From Spirogloea muscicola (Eukaryota), in NCBI GenBank assembly GCA_009602725.1, contig WELB01000005.1:307877-327876 (forward strand): 20,000 nt of DNA, read 5' to 3'. A program made the translations under genes and the position numbers. The stretch's first letter is position 1. Each line of letters begins with the position of its first letter. Shown here piece by piece: positions 1 to 9,800 of this stretch. The notes beneath the pieces are model-generated. The model saw nothing but the letters and a program-made list of their open reading frames with translations. It searched no databases and was not told the DNA's origin.

Positions 1-2419
1 CACAGCGGCGGCGGCGTGGCGCCGTTCGTCGACCAGCGGCCGGTGTCAATCGTCATCCCGGTGTACAACGAGGTCGCCGGCATCCCCATCCTGGTGGAGC
101 GCGTCGGCGCCGCCATGCGCGCCCGCGGCGGCCCGTACGAGATCGTCTGCGTGGACGACGGCTCCTCTGACGGTGAGCAGCTGGTCCACTGGCCTTCTTC
201 TCCTTCGAGCAGCTTTCGCTCCTAGCTCCTACTCTCATTCTACTACTGAAAGCACCAGCTTAAGTGGCAAGATCATTGCAACGTGCACGTCGATAGCGAC
301 AGCAGAAGTGAATATCGCTGCATTGCATGTGTTGTGGACTTGTACCCTAGGGTTCTGTTTCGCTTGGTAGGGGCAGTTCTTGGCACAGTGCCACAGGGCC
401 TTCAAGTGGAACCTCAAAGACAAATTGCCGAGTCATAATGGCAAGCCATACTGAAAGCCCGAGAGATACCCATCAAACTCCATAGTTTTGATAGTCAGTA
501 GCACTTTGAGGTCATGGTTTCTTGCCATGGTCTCCTTGGGACCTTGTATCTACCTGTCGAATGTAGGTCATGCACTTCAGGGTTCGGGGTGAAGACTTTG
601 AAAATTGATAAATACTGGCCTTCGGTATAGTATAGGCATGTACCATCCATTGAAGCAGCTTCTGCCAAGTGATGCCAGGCACCACGCAGTTGCTGCAGGC
701 AATGGCAGCTGAGCGGCAGGACCTCAGGGCCGTGATTTTCCGTCGGAACTTTGGGCAGACGGCAGCCATGGCTGCCGGGTTCGACTTTGCGGCTGGCGAG
801 CTCCTGGTCACTATGGACGGGGACTTGCAGAATGATGCGGATGATATTCCCAGAATTCTGGACAAGCTGCTGTATGGGGAACCAGGCCAAGGTGGGAACC
901 CGGGTAATGGTGCTTGGGGCAGCGGGCCTCGTGACGATGGCGGTTACGACATGGTAGTTGGCTGGCGGCGGCACCGGAAGGACGATATGCTGACGAGAAA
1001 CGTCCCCTCAGCTGCTGCCAACTGGCTGATTGGCCGAGTCACTGGGGTATGATTACTCTCACTTTGTGAGTAGCCTGCTTCCTGATCTGCTCCTGCTTGT
1101 CTAGGGGCTTAGAGACTGTACTTGATGACTCAGAAGTTAAGAGAGCCCTATCTTGATGACTCAGAGGTTTTAGAGGGGCCTAGATTATAGGCGGAAAAAG
1201 GGTCCAGAATACCTTGGCATTCAGCCACTTGTGACTGCCTGGCTTTCTTTTTTAGGTCAAGGAAGTCAAGCTAGTTGACACACTTATCTGCTCGTGTTAC
1301 AGCACAATAACTACATCATGACCCTTGTCTTCTTCGTACGTAAGTATGCCAAGCAGCTTGGCCTGATTCTCTTTATTGTACCATCTTATTGCTTGTCGCT
1401 GGAGCAGGTGAAGCTGCATGACTACGGCTGCAGTCTCAAGGCCTATCGTGCTTCAGTTGTAAGCAGCCTGAGGTTGTATGGCGAGATGCACCGCTTCATC
1501 CCTGCCCTTGCTGCCATGGAGGGCGCTTCAATTTCAGAACTAGAGGTGGGGAATGCTCTTGACCACTCCTCCAGCCGCCTCTGCAACATCAACAGCTTAT
1601 TGCTGGTCGCATCCAAGCATTCCATCTAGTGCCTAGCACTAGGCATGTAAACCCCATGATCTTGCAGCTTACTACTCATGCCATGGTTAGTGTGCTAAAC
1701 ATTTGGTGGCGCAGCAGCGTGAAACAGGGCAAGGAGCTTGCAACCTTAATCCATGCCCCTGCATGCTCTCTCTTGTGACAGGTGCAACATGCCCCTCGAA
1801 TATACGGTGCATCCAAGTATGGGCTGGGTAGAATACCCAGGGTTCTGCTGGACCTGGCCACCATATGGTTCCTCAGCAGGTACCGGGACCGACCGATGCA
1901 GCTCGTGGGCCTCCTTGGCACCTTGTGCCTCCTCAGCTCATTGGCATTTGGAGTTGCAGCCTGCTGGTCCTTCGCCATTTCAGCAAGATCATATGGCGTC
2001 GCAATGGCCCTCTCCAGTTCCATGGCTCATGCAGTTGCAGCTCTTGAGTTACTTGTTATGGGCTCGCAGGTGAAATGTCTCAATAGCATGTACTTAATAT
2101 TATCAGGCCAGCTTTACATCCTCTTCATGTTGTGTGGTAATTTGTTCCTGCCTGATGCTAATGTGTGCAAGTTGGGAGCCTTCAGGCTGGTACCCTAACC
2201 TGTTGGAGACAGATGCAGACTAGACTACTGGCAGAGCCTTCCATGTCTCTGGCTGCACCAAGAAGCTCTTCTCTGCCTCTGCTGATTTGCAACTCGTTTC
2301 TTGCTCTTTGTCAGCTGATGTGCCTTGGCTTTCTGAGTGAGATCTGCATCCGCACATACTTTGAGTCTCAACCTCGCCCTGTATATCGAGTCCGGGAGGT
2401 TGCCACATCTACAGCCTGA
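1..2419 (+). CDS. Glycosyltransferase family 2, bacterial-type polyprenyl(undecaprenyl)-phosphate glycosyltransferase (ArnC/GtrB/DPM1-like) with C-terminal membrane helices; 5' end outside window
   Basis: Exons <1-172, 679-1046, 1408-1545, 1782-2069, 2315-2419 (1071 nt, 356 aa + stop), all GT..AG. Spliced protein has GT-A motifs VSIVIPVYNE, EIVCVDDGSSDGT, RRNFGQTAAMAAGF, VTMDGDLQND (DxD), GYDMVVGWR, LHDYGCSLKAYR, LYGEMHRFIPALA, HAPRIYGASKYG, two hydrophobic segments and the C-terminus QLMCLGFLSEICIRTYFESQPRPVYRVREV. Frame is open from base 1 with no ATG in the visible exon start. Confidence 0.92.
1121..1182. repeat. Imperfect ~31-bp tandem duplication in GT2 intron
   Basis: cttgatgactcagaagttaagagagccctat followed by cttgatgactcagaggttttagaggggccta; first 14 nt identical. 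Confidence 0.7.
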
Positions 2420-2668
2420 AAATTGAAAGCCCCGGCTGAATATCATGGAGATATCTCTTCGACAAGCCCTCCTCGTGTTGTGAAAACCTCTTGTCTCAGC
2501 TTGATTTAGAGAATAACATCCTCAAATGGCAGCGCGGCTTTGGTGCTACCTGTCTTCCGTAAGGACGATAGTCCTGGCTAAAGCCTATCCTGCTGGCAAC
2601 TAGGTGAATAAGCGATTAGCTCAGATTTTACACCTATGAAAAGTGTGTCGACAGCCATGTTTTCATAT

Positions 2669-2719
2669 TTGCTTCTCTCCTTAGGTTTCCTTGTTGCTTC
2701 TCTCCTTAAGTTGTCCTTG
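2669..2719. repeat. Imperfect ~25-bp tandem duplication downstream of GT2 stop
   Basis: ttgcttctctccttaggtttccttg followed by ttgcttctctccttaagttgtccttg. Confidence 0.7.
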
Positions 2720-2899
2720 TCATTAAGAGCCCAACTTTGCCTCCCTGACATTGTTACATGAGTAAATGGAGTGAGTCACCGAGCGCCACTAGTAAGAAAT
2801 TTTCATTGCTAGTCAGCCCTCAAGCTGACAAATTGTCAAGCACACATTCTTGTCAGTCATTGACTTATGCATGTAGATAGTTGAAAATTTCTCTGGGTG

Positions 2900-4150
2900 A
2901 ATATTGTACGCAATAGTGCAGCAGGTATGCTAGCACTCCGTGGGGAAGATACTTAAGCCGCCATTGAAATACCAGTTCTCCATCAAGCGCTTCTTGTGCA
3001 CTGAGTGAGAGAGCGCGTCTCTCCAGCATTCACCATTGACGCCCAGTTCTATGCCAATCCCAAGGGAATTTCAAGCCTAACAAGCTGAAGCGAAGTCAAG
3101 TCGGAAGCAGAGGGGGGATTGTAGTCCACAATCAGGCGCACCCTAGCCGACAGAGCCATGGTTGCGCTAAGACAGCGAGCGACATGTGAGGTCGTAAACT
3201 CAGCACAGGTCCCACCAAAGTCGAAGCCAGCACCTTCTTTGATTAACAAGTGAAAGCAATGTCCATGGCGTAAGCTCAGTGGGGCTTGAGACTGGCCACC
3301 ATGGCCTCGACAGGCAACTCTATGACTTTTGCCACAAGCCACATGATTCTTGCCTTTCCCGGCATGCCGACCCTAGGAGCAAGCCTAAGGCTTGTACTTC
3401 AAGAGGCTTAAGCTGGACAAGTACAAGCCCGCATTTTCATATGGGTTTTCTGTGAACGCTGAAGTTTGCACGAGCGAAGGTAGTCCTGCCAATTGGCAGT
3501 AGTAGTCTTTACTAGCAGGATGCAAGCAAGTCACAGCCACAGGTCGCCTTGATGCATGTAGTAAATCAGCACTAGGACGCAATGGAGGAGACAACTGTGA
3601 AAAGAGGGGGCATAGATGCAGAGAAAAGAGAAAGAAGCTCTATCTAAAGGGGTTGGTGGCTGTGAGGAGAGAACATTACCCTCTGGGAATGCAACACTGG
3701 CCTTTGACTTACATGCGAATCATGCGGCGTTCAGATCCCCACTGACTGTCTGACCTGGGTCATCGTCCCGTCAGTGGCAGTCAGCAGCAGGTTAAGGAAG
3801 AGCTCAAGTCAACGCCTAGGACAGCCTCAGCTTTCTCAGCGCTTCTGCTTGTTGATGTCCATGTTTCTGCCTGAGGTCTTTTTACTTGACTTAGCAACTG
3901 AAACCATGAGCAATCCTTGCTTGGGGGCCACAGAAGGTGGCAAAGCAGGACTTGCAGGGCTTTGAGCAGACCACTGAACTCCACAGCAAATGGAGCGGCT
4001 TAACTGCAGAGCATGCAAAGCTCGGAGGGAGGTTCGAGCAGGAAACTTTGACATCGAGGGAAAAATGTGCAGAAAAGCAGCAGCTTTGAGTAACTGAAGC
4101 AGAGCCTCAAGAAGAGCCTATATATGAGAAGGTCAGTATGTCATATATAA
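2900..4150 (-). pseudogene. Possible highly decayed leucine-rich-repeat-like gene remnant
   Basis: Scattered minus-strand fragments in different frames with LxxLxL spacing: SLRALHALQLS, LKALQVLLC, LRKLRLS*, QLAGLPSLVQ, LSSLSLLKY, DLTSLQLVRLEI, LKYLPHG; interrupted by stops and frameshifts. Could be chance. Confidence 0.2.
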
Positions 4151-4211
4151 GGCACGAAGTGCAAATTGACTGGCTGCCATAAGCACAAGCCAAGATGGAT
4201 GGCCTCCGCAT

Positions 4212-4249
4212 ACACCAAGCACCTCTGAGCTGTCAGAGGTGCTTGGTGT
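4212..4249. repeat. Perfect 17-bp inverted repeat, 4-nt loop, in likely ICMT 3' UTR
   Basis: acaccaagcacctctga-gctg-tcagaggtgcttggtgt; arms 4212-4228 and 4233-4249. Confidence 0.9.
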
Positions 4250-4362
4250 GAGTTTGAGTAAGCTTCAATGACAGGCTCACTATGTAACAGTAAGAGATCT
4301 GATTAGCTAAATGACGGTGCAGCTTTAGGAGATCTGGCAGGGGAGCACTAAAGACAATGAAG

Positions 4363-5745
4363 TTATGGGACAAAAGGGATGCCTGAAGGAGTCAGGATGG
4401 CATACTCGTCATATGCTAGCCCAAAGAAATTCCGCAAAAGTTGCTCCTCATACCTGAAGCAACAGAGGTAAGCTTTCTGCTTTAGCTGCAATATAGTACA
4501 AGTCAGGCATTGCAGAATCCTGCTCAAAGTCATGACCATTGCTGGATAGGAGCGGGACGGCAACAACGCGTGCATCAAGAAGGTATAGAATAGTCGCCAG
4601 CAACGTACAAGATCCTGTCAGAGAAGAAGCGCCAGGAGATGCACGCAAAAACGGCGGTGCAAAGCGGATTCGCGAGCATAAGCTGCGTAGCAATGGACCA
4701 GATAAACCAGCCCATGTAGCCTGGGTGGCGTACATACCTGCGACCCCAGTCGGCAATGTCGTAAGGCTTCGCGCAGCAAGGTCCAACGAAATTGTAGCAG
4801 GAGAGCTTTACTCTAGCTAGCTCACGTTACTGCAAGTGCTTGCTGTTGTGTAAAGACCCCCTGAACCCTTGCTATGGAGGAAACACTTTAGCTGCTAAAT
4901 TTCTCAAGCAATGCACGGCAAGCCTTGATGCAGAAGTCATTTGTCAAGTAAGTAAGGAGAGAGTAGGTGAGGACCTTCTCATTTGCAGGTGCTAATGAGT
5001 ATTTAGCAGCAACAACCCTCACCGGTAGATGCCGTGCATGACGAGGCGGTGATTGGGGCGGCGCACGTGCTTGATCTCGTGCGTGAAGTTGTGGCGCGCC
5101 GTCATGAAGGCGGCCTTGCGCACAACCTCGCCGAGCACGACGAGAGCGGCGCCGAGGCGCTGCACCGCTGGGAAGCGGGCCTTGAGGCCAGGCGCCAGGC
5201 GACGCTCCACTTCGTACTCGAGGCAGGAGCACGTGAATGCGGCCACGTACGCCGGGCTGATGAGCCACGCTGCCGCCACAGAGAGGCAGCGGCCGGCGCT
5301 CCCGGTCAGCACCATGAGCCTTAATCTAGCTGTACTCGAGACCCAAACCTGAACAACGAGTAATGAATTTCAAGAACTTTACACCAAAGCATAGGCCTCA
5401 CAGTACTTGTCCATGGACACCTGACCTCTTTGATGCCTGATGAGGCATGACCTTCATATCCTAACAGCATCAAAACCTTTGCCTCACTTCCAGTCTCAAA
5501 CACTCAAGTATATACAATTCAGTTGGGTTTCTTATCGCAATCTGAGGCAGCGAGATTCAGGAGGCGCAGGTTCGAGCGCAGCAGCTGGCTGCTCAAGCTT
5601 GCTGGCGAGAGGAACTGTGGGCCAGGGAGTGGTCCGCATGAGCTCACGCACAGCGGCGGCTGAGCTCGGCGGGCGTGAAGAGAGCGGCGAGGCCGAACTC
5701 GGTGAGGTGGAAGAAGGCCACCGCCAGCAGGTACGCCCAGAGCAT
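4363..5745 (-). CDS. ICMT: Protein-S-isoprenylcysteine O-methyltransferase (STE14/ICMT family)
   Basis: Exons (minus) 5745-5652, 5269-5023, 4737-4609, 4453-4363 = 561 nt, 186 aa. MLWAYLLAVAFFHLTEFGLAA...GEVVRKAAFMTARHNFTHEIK...HRLVMHGIYRYVRHPGYMGWFIWSIATQLMLANP...WRFFSDRILYEEQLLRNFFGLAYDEY...SGIPFV contains the RHPxY and R..YEE..L..FFG..Y signatures of ICMT. Confidence 0.95.
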
Positions 5746-6825
<1,080 letters not shown>

Positions 6826-9800
6826 ATGGCGAAGGTCGTGTCGGCGGTCGAGGACGACCTGCTGGCACGCGCCGCTGACGACGGCGTGCCCTGGGACCGC
6901 CTCCCCAAGCGCCTCAAGCTCTACCTCGGATTGCGCGACGCCTGGCTCCGCCGGTAGAATCGAACCCAAACCTTAAACCCTAAAACCTGAAACCCTAACC
7001 CTTAGTCCGCACTGAGGGACATCCACTGTCATAGTTTCCTGTAAGCTGCTTGCTTGCGGACTGTGCATTCCATCTGGGCGATGATCATCGCACGCCATAG
7101 TGCAGACTGGCCTTGGTCACGCGTGGGATTATGCTGGCATACAACTGTGCTGGTCAAGCACGCAGCTTCCTTCAGCGGACGCGATGGCTGACTTGCCTAA
7201 ATCTAGCGTGGCTCGTGGTTGTCATGATATCTTGCAAGCCATGGGCTGAGCGTAGCTGCAGTGCTCCCAGACTGAGTTAGCAGAGTGATGATCGTCAAAG
7301 GCGAAGCTGCGAGCCCCCCCAATGCCAAGGACGAGCTCCTGGCCATGCAATAGCATGCAACATGACCACTGGACGTTGCAATCCCTTGCTACGCAGAATC
7401 AAGGAGCACTGCATCAAGAAGAGGTACAGGTGGAGCAAGTGCGCCGCCAAGAACGTCTGCAAGGAGTACGAGTACTATGAGGACCTCATGCGCCACCTCA
7501 AGAAGAATCAGTCAGTGAGCTCTTGAGCGTGGCTGCGTCCACCTTCCCTTTCTGGGTGCTTCAGGGCGGCATTGTCAAGATTGAATCTGACGCTCACGGT
7601 ACCAATGAGTATGGCAAGGCAGCACCCTGCTCGCTTGGCTTGCATGCAGTATACAGTAACTTAGCCAGCTGCTATAAAAAATTGATGTGCAAGAGTTGCT
7701 ATATACTGTATAATGGGTGCAGCTGTTTCCATACCACCTCGCTGAAGACGTGTGCCGCATCATCCGCGTCTCGCCGTTCAATTACTACTGCGACATGCTG
7801 TTCGAGGTGCTCAAATCAGGTATGTCTCAGTAATGGGAGAATCAGCTCCGTTTTGCTTGCCGCCTGAAGGTTATGCTGGTGGCCCCTCCGTGGCTGGGTT
7901 CTTTGTGGATGCTAGCATTATGAGTAAAACATAGAAATCATTCCACCTCACAGACATTCTGTAGCTAAGTGAGAGCATGCAAGCAGAGCTGTTGACCTGG
8001 CAATTTTTCAGATGAAGACTATGATGCTCCACTGCAGAGCGCTCGTATGACTCCATTCCCAACTTCAGCGCTGCGGATGCTCTTCGAGAAACAGGAGTTG
8101 GTCGCAACCAGTACATAGACCTCATGAATAAATGTAGATCCAAGGTGAGCATTGGTGCAGTCAAGCTCGTGGTTTACATTGAGTCGGATGCTTGATTTGT
8201 AGTGGTGCTAGCACTTACCTTTCATGCTATATGGTGGATATATTTAACAGATGTTGTGGAGAGTGAACAAGAGCTTCGTCAAGGAGATGCTGCCAAGCCA
8301 GCCTATACAATTCCCGCTGGAACCATGGTGGCACGTCAATGTTGTCAATCTGACTCACGAGGAGTTCAGGGTCAGGTCATCTCGTGTCCTAACTCCCCTC
8401 ATCTCGTGTCCTTACTTTCCTTACTCATGTCCTAATTGCTCGGGGCTGCATACGCTTGTCAGGTCTTGCCTTTGAACAGTGTCATAGTGGCACCTATTGG
8501 ACATAGTAAATTCGTCTTCATGGCATGCCAATGCAGGACTACCCGTCAGGTGCTCAGTGTTCTCGCTGTTGCTGATTTCTCGTACCTTGTCAATCTTCTT
8601 CTTCTTGCAAAATTGTCCTACAGAAGCTGTCTGATGAGGAGAGCGTCTTGGTGAAGACAGCAGCCAAAGATGCCCCAGCCCTGGTTGGCGAGTTCAACAT
8701 TGACACTCTGAGAGAGCTCTACAACCGGGGTCTCATCTACTTCGATGTGCCGGTCTTTCCAGACGATATCTTTCACAGTAAGTAGCAATTAGGAAGGAAT
8801 GTGGGTGGGAATGTGGGGATCTGGGTACATGTGTATATCTGACAGCAGTTACACATGCTGGGTACACGAAGCTTACAACTTGTAAGCAGTTGCAATGAAG
8901 AGTAGAGAGAGCGGCGAGCCTGACTACGTTTGCATTTGGATGCAGTTTCGACACTGGAAGGCTTTGTCTCCAACACCAATCAAGCTTATGAGGATGAAGT
9001 TGAAGGGTACACGAGCGCAACTTACTGATGCCTTCAACATGCTGAGCAGCTTGATTCTGAACATTGTCTGGGTGTATGCTTGGTGAAGGAGGTAGTCATC
9101 TACTTAAGTAAGAGCAGATAGCTATTTTCTCTGTTGCATTCAGGTACAACATCAAGTTGCTTGTAGATACCTCTTTGTGGCTTTCCATGCCTTTGAGCAG
9201 GTCACGGAAAGTGATGGCTAGTGAAGACCCATCCATGCCGCAGGCTACTCTACTCGCTTTTCGTGGCATTTAGCGAACGAGCCACTGTAGCAGAGCTAGC
9301 TACAACGCTGCAAGCAAATCTGGAGCGCCTTGGGGCTGCCGTCTCTCTGGCCTGCCGGCTCGGCTGGGCTCGTAAGGTGGATGCTATATATGAGATGATA
9401 TAAGATTACATTATCGATTCTAAATTTTATTGCTCATTTTGACCTGCTTACCAGGCTTGACGTTCATAGAAATTGTTGGCCAATGTCGACTCCAGAAGCT
9501 TGATTGTAGAGTGATCACCTCGTTGGTTCAGACTTCTCTGTGCCGATTACTAAGTCAAAGTGACGACTGTACTCGCTTCAGGTGATGAACGTCGAAGCGA
9601 TACTCGACGACGTTGACAGTGAGGAGGCTTCTGCTGTTGCTGATCGCAACTTAGGCTTGACTGAAGGGGCTACTGACAAGGGCTTGAAGCCAAGCCTGTC
9701 AGCTGACCAGCTTGCGGATGCCCCCAAAGCGGCAATCAACAGGATTGCTTTCCTGGTGGACGCCAACCTTACCTCCTACCTCATGATGGGATCGCTGTCC

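Noticed and set aside
2213..2314. Longer terminal GT2 exon using an upstream in-frame AG at 2211-2212
   Set aside because: The acceptor before 2315 has a clear pyrimidine tract and gives LLVMGSQLMCLG, matching the expected final membrane helix without an insertion.
1..2419. Bacterial contamination as the source of the GT2 gene
   Set aside because: The gene has four spliceosomal-type introns that precisely restore the reading frame and motifs, and it is contiguous with eukaryotic genes.
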